Shown here in pieces: positions 14,001-26,000 of a stretch of DNA of 64,000 nt; position 1 is the stretch's first letter; each line of letters opens with the position of its first letter. The notes under the pieces were generated by a model, which made no database searches, had not been told where the DNA came from, and saw nothing but the letters and a program-made list of their open reading frames with translations. Origin of the DNA: Bispira polyomma (lineage: Eukaryota); NCBI GenBank assembly GCA_965649765.1, contig OZ287758.1:42470001-42534000 (forward strand), read 5' to 3'. A program made the position numbers and the translations under genes.

Positions 14001-17000
14001 GAGATTTCAGATGAAAATGTTGCGACATCACACCTTGTGTCAATATCTGCTGAATTTCCCCTGATATCAACAATTACATTTTTATTTGAAGAGACAGATG
14101 AACAATATATTATAGCAGATTTATACTTCTTTGTCTGTGTATCTACAACAACACCAACACCTGTACCAACTCCTACTCCAGCACCTACACCCATACCATC
14201 ACCCGTACCAACTCCTACATCAACAGGCACACCCACACCAGCACCTGTTCCAACTCCTACTCCAGCACCCGTACCTACTCCTACTCCAGCACCCGTACCC
14301 ACTCCTACTCCAGCACCCATACCTACTCCTACTCCCGCACCTACACCCATACCATCACCAGTACCCACCCCTACATCAACAGGCACACCCACACCAGCAC
14401 CCGTACCAACTCCTACTCCAGCACCCGTACCCACTCCAACTCCAGCACCCGTACCCACTCCTACTCCCGCACCTACACCCATACCATCACCAGTACCAAC
14501 CCCTACATCAACAGGCACACCCACACCAGCACCCGTACCAACTCCTACTCCAGCACCTGTACCCACTCCAACTCCAGCACCTATACCCACTCCTACTCCA
14601 GCACCTACACCCATACCATCACCAGTACCAACCCCTACATCAACAGGCACACCCACACCAGCACCCGTACCAACTCCTACTCCAGCACCCGTACCCACTC
14701 CAACTCCAGCACCTGTTCCAACCCCTACTCCAGCACCTACACCCATACCATCACCTGTACCAACCCCTACATCAACAGGCACACCCACACCAGCACCCGT
14801 ACCAACTCCTACTCCAGCACCCGTACCCACTCCTACTCCAGCACCCGTACCCACTCCTACTCCAGCACCCATACCGACTCCTACTCCAGCACCCGTACCA
14901 ACTCCTACTCCAGCACCCACACCCACGCCAATTCCTGCACCTATTTGCCCTAATAAGACCAATCAAATTGAATTGGATTATGATAACCTCAGCCAAGGTT
15001 CAGTCCGTCTTTCTGTGTCTCCAGTACAAGCCGAAGATGCACTGGACTCTTCAGTGTCAATGTTTGTCATGAACTCTAGTTTAGTGACCATTACTGTCAC
15101 ATTTTCACCACCAACCGACCTGAGCTTCATAATGTTTTCTGTGACAAATATTAGCCTCGTCAAATACGACATTTTTCTACAAAACAAAGTTATTGTGACG
15201 CCTGAAGATGTAAGTTGTTTCACGAGTATTAAATATTTTAATGGTTTCATCATACATTTATTTTCACTTTATAGACATCATTTAGAATTTATTACCACTC
15301 AATATCAAATAATTTTGTACTTTATCACAGATGATAAATGAAATTGCCCCCTGTACTGGTAGTTATTGTTTTCTATATTTTTAGACAGAAATTGGTAATA
15401 CTGGATCCTTTACCAAGATCACAGTGACTCTAGGCGACAGTGCAAAGAAAGTAGAGTCAGTGAGCATTCATCTGCAACAGGCCAACCTTGACATAGGCGT
15501 GATTAAAGATCTTCTGTTTATTGAGTGTGATGGAGATGATGTGCCACCACGTAAGTACATGGCAGTCTTAGATCTAAAAAATATGACACTGTATTTAAGC
15601 ATATATATTTGCCAAGTATATCTCAGAAACTAACTACATCACACTGTCAAAATTATGCCTTAATGTACCTATGCATGTCAGATAATAAAATTATCCTTTT
15701 TCCCTGAAAAATGTTGGTACACAGCCACCTTACATATCAATAATTGATGGTATTTCAGAGTATGTTTAAAAAATCTATCATACTTTCAATATGTATTCTT
15801 AATGTATCTATCTGTTTGTATACTGAAATGTAATTCTTCCCTTAGTTCTAAGTATGTTACTCTATTTGACAAAATATTTAATAAACGCTTTGTACTATAA
15901 ATGTAGACAAATTATAGCTACTTTATCAAATGACTAAATCATCTTAAACTTCCTAAAATACATTTTATGTACTGAAAGTTTGTAATCATTAAACAGCGAA
16001 AGACTGTCCTGCAGAAGAACTAGCTAGATATGATTTTACTGATTTCCCATCAGTCATTGTGAATGTAAACAATGGTGTGGGGTCTGCTGAAGACGCTCTG
16101 TTAAATTCAATGTCTGGATTACAAATCACAACTGGTAGTGGAGAAAACCAGTTGAATGTGACATTCAATGAACCTCTACTCCTATCTGGCCTCAGATTCA
16201 CTACACAGTTTGTGACCAACATGACGGTGACCCTAATTTCTGGATCTGGTTCAGTATCAAGCACAGTAAGACCCAAGTGTATTATTTACTTTGTTCTTAT
16301 TTGTTTAATAATGGGTTTTCATTGTTTATCTATGTCTCAAATTTTTCATATACAAACTGAGTATACACCAAAATATAAACAGTACAACACTTTTGGAAAA
16401 ACTTAACTAAATATATTTATTTTTAATTTTGAAAACTCAATTGTCTTTTTGTATATCATGAATTATATTTGTCATTAAAAGACATCATTTACACATAAAT
16501 AACTGACTGAAATATTTGTAAATATATATTTCAGATAGAGATTTCAGATGAAAATGTTGCGACATCACACCTTGTGTCAATATCTGCTGAATTTCCCCTG
16601 ATATCAACAATTACATTTTTATTTGAAGAGACAGATGAACAATATATTATAGCAGATTTATACTTCTTTGTCTGTGTATCTACAACAACACCAACACCTG
16701 TACCAACTCCTACTCCAGCACCTACACCCATACCATCACCCGTACCAACTCCTACATCAACAGGCACACCCACACCAGCACCTGTTCCAACTCCTACTCC
16801 AGCACCCGTACCTACTCCTACTCCAGCACCCGTACCCACTCCTACTCCAGCACCCATACCTACTCCTACTCCCGCACCTACACCCATACCATCACCAGTA
16901 CCAACCCCTACATCAACAGGCACACCCACACCAGCACCTGTACCAACTCCTACTCCAGCACCCGTACCCACTCCAACTCCAGCACCTGCTCCAACCCCTA

Positions 17001-20000
17001 CTCCAGCACCTACACCCATACCATCACCAGTACCAACCCCTACATCAACAGGCACACCCACACCAGCACCTGTACCAACTCCTACTCCAGCACCCGTACC
17101 AACTCCTACTCCAGCACCCGTACCAACTCCTACTCCAGCACCTGTACCAATCCCTACTCCAGCACCTACACCCATACCATCACCTGTGCCAACTCCTACT
17201 CCTGTACCCGTACCAACTCCTACTCCAGCACCCGTACCCACTCCTACTCCACTCATACCATCACCCGTGCCAACTCCTACATCAACAGGCACGCCCACAC
17301 CAGCACCCGTACCAACTCCTACTCCAGCACCCGTACCCACTCCAACTCCAGCACCTGTTCCAACCCCTACTCCAGCACCTACACCCATACCATCACCTGT
17401 ACCAACCCCTACATCAACAGGCACACCCACACCAGCACCCGTACCAACTCCTACTCCAGCACCCGTACCAACTCCTACTCCAGCACCCGTACCAACTCCT
17501 ACTCCAGCACCTGTACCAATCCCTACTCCAGCACCTACACCCATACCATCACCTGTGCCAACTCCTACTCCTGCACCCGTACCAACTCCTACTCCAGCAC
17601 CCGTACCCACTCCTACTCCACTCATACCATCACCCGTGCCAACTCCTACATCAACAGGCACGCCCACACCAGCACCTGTACCAACTCCTACTCCAGCACC
17701 CGTACCTAATCCTACTCCAGCACCCGTACCCACTCCTACTCCAGCACCTGTACCAACCCCTACTCCAGCACCTACACCCATACCATCACCTGTACCAACC
17801 CCTACTCCAGCACCTACACCCATACCATCACCTGTACCAACCCCTACTCCAGCACCTACACCCATACCATCACCTATACCAACTCCTACTCCAGCACCCG
17901 TACCCACTCCTACTCCAGCACCCATACCCACTCCTACTCCAGCACCTACACCCATACCATCACCTGTGCCAACTCCTACTCCTGTACCCGTACCAACTCC
18001 TACTCCAGCACCCGTACCCACTCCTACTCCACTCATACCATCACCCGTGCCAACTCCTACATCAACAGGCACGCCCACACCAGCACCCGTACCAACTCCT
18101 ACTCCAGCACCCGTACCCACTCCAACTCCAGCACCTGTTCCAACCCCTACTCCAGCACCTACACCCATACCATCACCTGTACCAACCCCTACATCAACAG
18201 GCACACCCACACCAGCACCCGTACCAACTCCTACTCCAGCACCCGTACCAACTCCTACTCCAGCACCCGTACCAACTCCTACTCCAGCACCTGTACCAAT
18301 CCCTACTCCAGCACCTACACCCATACCATCACCTGTGCCAACTCCTACTCCTGCACCCGTACCAACTCCTACTCCAGCACCCGTACCCACTCCTACTCCA
18401 CTCATACCATCACCCGTGCCAACTCCTACATCAACAGGCACGCCCACACCAGCACCTGTACCAACTCCTACTCCAGCACCCGTACCTAATCCTACTCCAG
18501 CACCCGTACCCACTCCTACTCCAGCACCTGTACCAACCCCTACTCCAGCACCTACACCCATACCATCACCTGTACCAACCCCTACTCCAGCACCTACACC
18601 CATACCATCACCTGTACCAACCCCTACTCCAGCACCTACACCCATACCATCACCTATACCAACTCCTACTCCAGCACCCGTACCCACTCCTACTCCAGCA
18701 CCCATACCCACTCCTACTCCAGCACCTACACCCATACCATCACCAGTACCAACCCCTACATCAACAGGCACACCCACACCAGCACCCGTACCAACTCCTA
18801 CTCCAGCACCCGTACCCACTCCTACTCCAGCACCTGTTCCAACCCCTACTCCAGCACCTACACCCATACCATCACCTGTACCAACCCCTACATCAACAGG
18901 CACACCCACACCAGCACCCGTACCAACTCCTACTCCAGCACCCATACCAACTCCTACTCCAGCACCTGTACCAATCCCTACTCCAGCACCTACACCCATA
19001 CCATCACCTGTGCCAACTCCTACTCCTGCACCCGTACCAACTCCTACTCCAGCACCCGTACCCACTCCTACTCCACTCATACCATCACCCGTGCCAACTC
19101 CTACATCAACAGGCACGCCCACACCAGCACCCATACCAACTCCTACTCCAGCACCCGTACCCACTCCAACTCCAGCACCTGTTCCAACCCCTACTCCAGC
19201 ACCTACACCCATACCATCACCTGTACCAACCCCTACTCCAGCACCTACACCCATACCATCACCTGTACCAACCCCTACTCCAGCACCTACACCCATACCA
19301 TCACCTGTTCCAACTCCTACTCCAGCTCCTACACCCATACCATCACCTGTACCAACCCCCACTCCAGCACCTGCACCAATACCATCACCTATACCAACTC
19401 CTACACCAACACCCACACCCACACCTACACCCACACCCACACCTACACCAACACCTACACCCACACCAACACCCACACCTACACCTACACCAACACCTAC
19501 ACCTACACCTACACCCACTCCAACACCCACACCAACCCCCACACCAACACCTACACCAACACCCACACCTACACCCACCCCAACACCCACCCCTACACCC
19601 ATCCCAACACCAGTACCAACTCCTACATCAACAGGTACACCCACACCAACACCTGTACCCACTCCTACTCCAGAACCAACAACCACACTTGGTGGTCCAG
19701 GTATATTTATATTTGTTCTTATGTCATCGATATATGAAATATGATATTAATGTATAAACTTGTTATGTATGTATGTATATATATATATACAATTAAACAT
19801 TCCTTTTAACAACTTTAAACTAACTGTAATATGTTGAACATGAAACTGCATGTGATTTGTTACTAATTTCTAGACACCTATTTATCTACAGGTAGGGGGT
19901 GCCCGATAGGATTTATTCGAGAACGTTTAGATTTTGATATGAGAACAGCATTCACTACGCTCAAAGTCTTCGATGCTATAGATGTACTTGTGGATGCTTC

Positions 20001-23000
20001 AGCTGCCCTTGAGGGGTCGTTCAGTGCCTTTTCAACCATAAATGGTATGGATAACCATAATAAGAATAATTAGTATTTATAGTCACATGTGTTATGTAAT
20101 CAACTTGTAAAGATCTTGAACAATTACATTTTTTGTCGGTTGAATGAACTGGCCATTTTAATCCACATCTTGTGTTTTCATCTTAGTTTATAAATATTCC
20201 TGAATTTAGATGAACATAAATAATTATGTGATGCAAGACTAGTCCTTTAATTTTTCTTTCTGTAATATGTTATAAACTTTTAGGGAATGTTTATACCAGA
20301 GATATATTCATTCACTTTATTCCAGTTTTACACCAATAATTAAAGGGCATTTGACCTTTGACATAGTCCTGACATATCTAACACCAATTATTTTTTACCT
20401 GACGTGTGTAAAAGACTTAACTATTTAGCGAAAACAACTGTTGAATATGTAAAGGTAATAAACATATTGAAAAGAAAAATCTCAAATGGTATTGAGTTTT
20501 CTTCCTTTGTGCGTCACTCGTGTAACTTTCATTTGGTGTCCTCTCTATCAGTGTGTCAACTTCAACTGCAGAATAAATAAGTCACATCATAATTTCCTAT
20601 TATTCTTACAACAGGTATTACAGGCACACTGAGTCCCAATGTAAAGGTGGCATCAATCGGATTTTCAATCAAGAGTGCTGCTGACGTTGATGTAGTGATT
20701 GCATTAGGTCTATTGTCCAAAGATGTGAAAGTGAGTATTAAACATTAACACAACTAGTTACATGTGAGTTGTATTATAATTAGTATGGTACAGAAAACTG
20801 ACTTAAGGAATAACACACAACAAAGCATGGTATATGATAAGTTTTACCATGATTGGAGGCGTAGTACGGCAAGGCAATGCTCCTACATTTGCTTCATTCC
20901 TGGTGTATATATTGCAAAATCACGTTATTGATGGAATTATCATGTAATGCCCTTTAATTATTGGTGGAAAAAAATTCTGTGTACTAAAATGTGATTTTGT
21001 AGGGTGTTACAAGTTTTAAGCTGCATGACATTAATTATTAGCAGCCAAAGGGCTGTTAGGCCCGAGGACTGTTAATGATTAATGAAGTAGTGCTAAAAAC
21101 TGTAACGCCTGTACAAAATCACATTATTACTATTATTATGAAATAAAATTAAAAGCTGAAAACTACTGTAAATCCTGATATTTTACTGTTTATTATATAA
21201 ACAATAAACAACTAACAAATTAACTAATCCTAACAAACTAAACAAGTCTTCTCATTGATCCAGCAAATTTAAAAACTGATTTTACAGAAATGGCGTATAT
21301 GAACCGTTAGACCGAATAATCTGTCCTTATTTAGCGAGATTCCTTGATGTTATATTGATGGCAGACTCACGAAATGGGTCAGCGGTCTTGTTGTAGGCCT
21401 GGATTTTACTATATTTTAGAACCAATCAGAATAATCGGCGACACAAGCTTGTTATGTTAGTATGTGAAAAAAAACATATGAATCGACTTCAATAATGAAA
21501 TGATAGAATATTTTAGTAGCCTGTTCATTATATGTGTGCTTTGTGAACTTGCACTGTTTGACACAAGACTAGCTCTTAAATCTTACTTATGTAATATTTT
21601 TATAACTTTGAGGAATGTGTTACCTGAATCTGAGGATAATTACATTACAATTAGGGTTAGTTCCCTCACAATTTTACCTGATATATATATATACTACATT
21701 GTATTCCTATTATATCGTCTCAACATCTATTCATAAAAATTGCAGAAAATGTGAATGATGTGTCATTTTGCGTTTTTACGTGCCACTCTGCTATAAATAT
21801 AATGTTTATCTCCAGACACATTGGAGATGTTTCCTATTATTTCAATAAAAACATAAGGTTTTTTGGGCCGAAAAATTCTAAACAAAGTCATAATTTACAG
21901 CAACTGGGGAGAAAAAAATAAAATTCTGTGGGGTGAAATTTTTTTCAGTACTTTTTATTGAATTTTTCCTTCCCAAAACAGGCTTTTCCATTGAAAACAA
22001 TAGGCAAATAACTGAAAATATTTACCTTATTCAAAGAGGTTTTAAAAGAGCCTGGTGTGACATAGTGTTTTTTTTTATATATTTTTGTTCAACATGTTAA
22101 TGAACCTTTTCATAAAAATTTTTTTTTGAAAATCTGTGGTGTAAAAAAAATGGTAGCGAACAACCTTAATCAGGAAACTCCGGAATTTCATACATTACTG
22201 TGTTCGAGATATTTCATTGCAATATTATCCCAAAACCCAAATCATATGCAACTGTTAGCATAAATAAAAATACAAACTGGTAACAAAATAAGAGCTTTAT
22301 GACAGATGCCTCATTGGTGTAATGGTAACACACTTACCACCCTGTTTGTCGTGGACTAGAGCCATGGCATGTATGTGTGAGAAAATCTAAAAATAGACGT
22401 GGTTAAGCCCGGTGGTTTGCAGATCTGATTCACTTTACTAGTGAATGGCCTCCATGTTCAACTAAAACAACATTATAACGTCTGTAAACAACTTAAATAA
22501 CTTGGCTATGTTGTCAACTAATAAACAGGCTTGCTACTGCTAGGATTCGATTCTGGGTTGTCATGGATCTTGAAATTAATAGTCCAGTACACTGACAGTT
22601 GAGCTAAAAGGGGGAACCCCTGAAGTCCAATGTGTTTAATGCACAGATAATACACGTCTCTAGATGTCTCTGTTTTCATATGCTGTATATGTTATATCCT
22701 TATTTGTTTCTTCTTAGCTTACTGGTCTGAGCTCTGACTCGTATACACCCTTCACCATCCCAATCTCCTCATCTGATTCAAATTCTAACGGGTTTGATAT
22801 TCTTGGGAATCTGATGATAAAAGACCTCTATGTCGATGTTTGTGTACCTTCTGGGCCCCCACCAGTAGGAAGCACCCCTTGTAAGTAACATTTGCAGTGG
22901 TCAGACTGTATTTACTGTAAATGTCAGGACAATGTTAACTACTGGTTTTAAGAAAGCTCTTATTTAGTAGTACAAGATATTGGTTGCTTTCCCATTCAAT

Positions 23001-26000
23001 GCTTAACAAGATCACATACTCTTTGACATTTATAATTATGGTTCAAGTCTAGAGAGATAATTTAAAGTTTTACTCCTAATCATGATATCTAAGTAAATAC
23101 GGTGCAGAAAGACTTTTTTTATGGATAATAATTTTCAGCTACTTTAGGTAATGAGTCGGGAGAGTGAAAATTAATTCCCTCTTTTACAAAAAATAGCCAA
23201 TAGTTAAAATTAATTATAGTGATTTTTTTTCTTCAAAAATTGTAAGTTAATGAAAAATTTGATTATAATAATTTAAAGTGTATCAATTTAATTTTCAGCT
23301 CCACTATGTCCAAGTAACCTACAGGATATTGTTATAGTGGCAGCTGACGACATTGCTAATGGTGGTTCACGGGTTGAAGCTGTGTTCAACAATGGATCAG
23401 AGACATCTGCCAAAGATATCTGGTTTTTGTCCGGTAGCCAGATAGAAACCTCATCTGACATATCAATACTCATTAAATTTAGTTTCAATGAAGTCATAGC
23501 TGATATTAAAATGGTCCTGGAAGGGTTTTCCGATGTTCAGCTAAGTTTCTTTAATGATGACATTGGTCAGATTGACGTTGCTAGCGTAAGTATTGGTCTA
23601 TTATATATGAATCAATGTTTTTTGTAAAAGCTTTGCACGGTTTGTTAGTTTACTTTTTGGTACAGATAAATATTCTCAAAACATGTCATAAAGTCGGTAG
23701 TCATAAATAAAAATTTGATGATTTTCTAAAAAAAAAAACATTTAAAAATAAATTGCTGTTGTAGAAGGCATTGTAATCACTATTTTTTGATGATGTAACA
23801 AATTTGTCTTGCAGTTTGAAATAAATTGTATGTACAATGCCTTCAATCAGTAGTGTCCTTCCTTTCTATTTGTTTACATGGGATTCTCTAGGCCTCTGTT
23901 GCCTAATGGTTAGAGTGTCAGACTTTGGATCTCAGGTATCTTGAAAGCCAGGGTTCGATCCTTGCCTGGAGACTGTACCCTTAGACAAGGTGCTTTACAC
24001 AAAGTTGTCCCTCTCTACCCAGGTGTAGAAATGGGTAGCTGGTTGCTAATAGATGTTAGTGTTTGTGTGCCGTATGTGACAGCATGGCTAGTATGCTCCC
24101 TTAGGGAGCTGAGACTGAACAATTGGTTGACAAGTGAAAGAACCCAGGCTGGGGGTGCAAACTGTAAAGTCGACTGAGACCTCAATAACGGTGATATCAG
24201 ACTATAAAGCTGACATTTACATTTTGCATTTACATTACTGTTAACTAAATAAACTTTAGGTAAAATAATGGTCGGGAGTGTGCATTATAGTTTGTCTGAA
24301 CAAATGAGTTGGACTTAACAAATCAGCTTTCAGTATAACTATGTCATCCTGTAGGATACGTGAGAGTCATGCTCGATCAGTTTTCAAAGCCCACTCTCTG
24401 ACTCTAATTAATTGACTATCTCAAGGAAGCCAAGCATGATCACCATCATCATGAATGTCTATGGTGTCTCACCAAATCACCACTTCACAGGAAGTGGTAC
24501 CAAACCATCATCCACCAAGTCATCATGCCTTTTGTTAATACAATACGGTATTATGTGTCGATGAACTCTTTATAAAGTGCAGTCAAAGGGACTTTCGAGA
24601 GTGTGCGATTTATGTGTTTCCATCGGTATTTTTGTATTGCTATGTCTAATTCCAGGAAACTACAGATGATGCGTCAATTCAATCAATTGTGGTTTTTGAC
24701 TCTAGTGTCATACCTCCAGTACCTATAAAGGATATAGTCATACAGCTTACCAGCACTGAAATTGCTCTGAACAAGATTAAGAACCTGTTGATAACTGTGT
24801 GCGGTGAGACACCAACAACAACTGTGGCTCCAGGTATACATATTGAACTGTTTGTAATTTACATATAATTTTATACTCCGTATCTCCCTGCATCATTTAG
24901 GGACTCAACATGCTAGTTTATTTTGTTATTGACTGCACAAGTAGAACAAAACCAGGACTAGTAACCGATATTCCCCTATGAGTAGACATAGGTTTGAGGA
25001 TGCCGATTAATCAATTTCCTTTGGCCTTCAACTAGGTACAGAACTTAGGCACCAGGCTAGGTTTAAACTCAGGTCTTCTGTAATACTAAGCATTAGCAGA
25101 TCCAGAATCGGAAGTGGATCCAGTTCCATAATCTATTTTGAACATAAATGTTACCATTTGGTTGTTAGACATGTGTTTGCTGCAATAAAAATTTTTTTTA
25201 AAAGATAAGGGGATAGTTCTAACCACCCGAGCTCACCCCTTGGTCCGCTTATGCTAAGTTGAGAATGTTTCCCATTAAATCATTGTGGTATATAAAGCGG
25301 GTACTTGCAACTATTAATATTGATGTATATATATGGCTCTAATTCAATATATTGAGTGTTGTTGGCATCATTAAGTTATGCATAAATGTGTTTGTGGCCT
25401 TATTGGCCTATTGCTCAGACTGTCTGGTTTCAGATCTGATAGTCCAGATTTTATCCTTGCTGCTGGCCTAGAGATTGTACCCTCCTTAGGCAAGGTACTT
25501 CACAGAAAGTTGTCCATGTCCACTCAGGTGTATAAATGGGTACCTGGATGCCAATGGATGTTAGTTTTGTTTGATATATGTGGCAGCATAGCTAGTATGC
25601 TTCCTGAATGAGCTCAAAGTGAACACTTGATTGATAAGTGGAATAACCCAGGCTGGGGGTGTAAATTGTAAAGTCTGATAAGACCTCAATGAAGGTAATA
25701 TCAGACTTTAAACCTACACATATTTACATAAATACTGTACAACAGATAATGTAAAAATATTATACCCACCAGAATGTTATAATTTGTCAACAAAGTTAAA
25801 TTATTTTTTCATACTATTTATTTGTCCAACAGATATTTTCTGATATAATTTAGAAATTAATTTCTGCCTTTGATGTGTATGTATCACATTTAAAGTAATA
25901 CAGTAGGACCCCTATTATCTAAACATGCTAGGACATCATGTCAATTTGAGACAGTAAAAACGTGTTTGCAAATTTAAATTCCGATAATTGTAGTTCGGAT

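Larger units (their letters stand above)
4550..16690 (+). repeat. Tandem array of five near-identical exon-intron blocks
   Basis: Exon C starts at 5914, 7859, 10659, 13460 and 15997 (periods 1945, 2800, 2801, 2537 bp); introns are nearly identical; period differences come almost entirely from PT minisatellite length. Confidence 0.97.

Noticed and set aside
4550-16690. Interpretation as five separate small tandem genes, or as a CRISPR-like array
   Set aside because: Track ORFs begin at GTG codons inside exons and run into introns; exon phases chain the units into one reading frame; there are no unique spacers and the DNA is eukaryotic
8393-19686. Long minus-strand ([14 protein letters not shown])n ORFs resembling elastin or silk (up to 1051 aa)
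   Set aside because: Antisense shadow of the CCN/ACN-rich PT repeat; splice signals and non-repetitive domains support only the plus-strand frame
8530-19757. His/Pro/Gln/Leu-rich ORFs (HPYQLLLQ)n in an alternative plus frame (up to 1029 aa)
   Set aside because: Frame-shifted shadow of the same minisatellite, which lacks stops by composition; no compatible splice phase or credible start
21815-22185. Possible degenerate MITE; also Tigger-like ends at ~25899-26015
   Set aside because: TIR matches are too degraded and no clear TSDs are present
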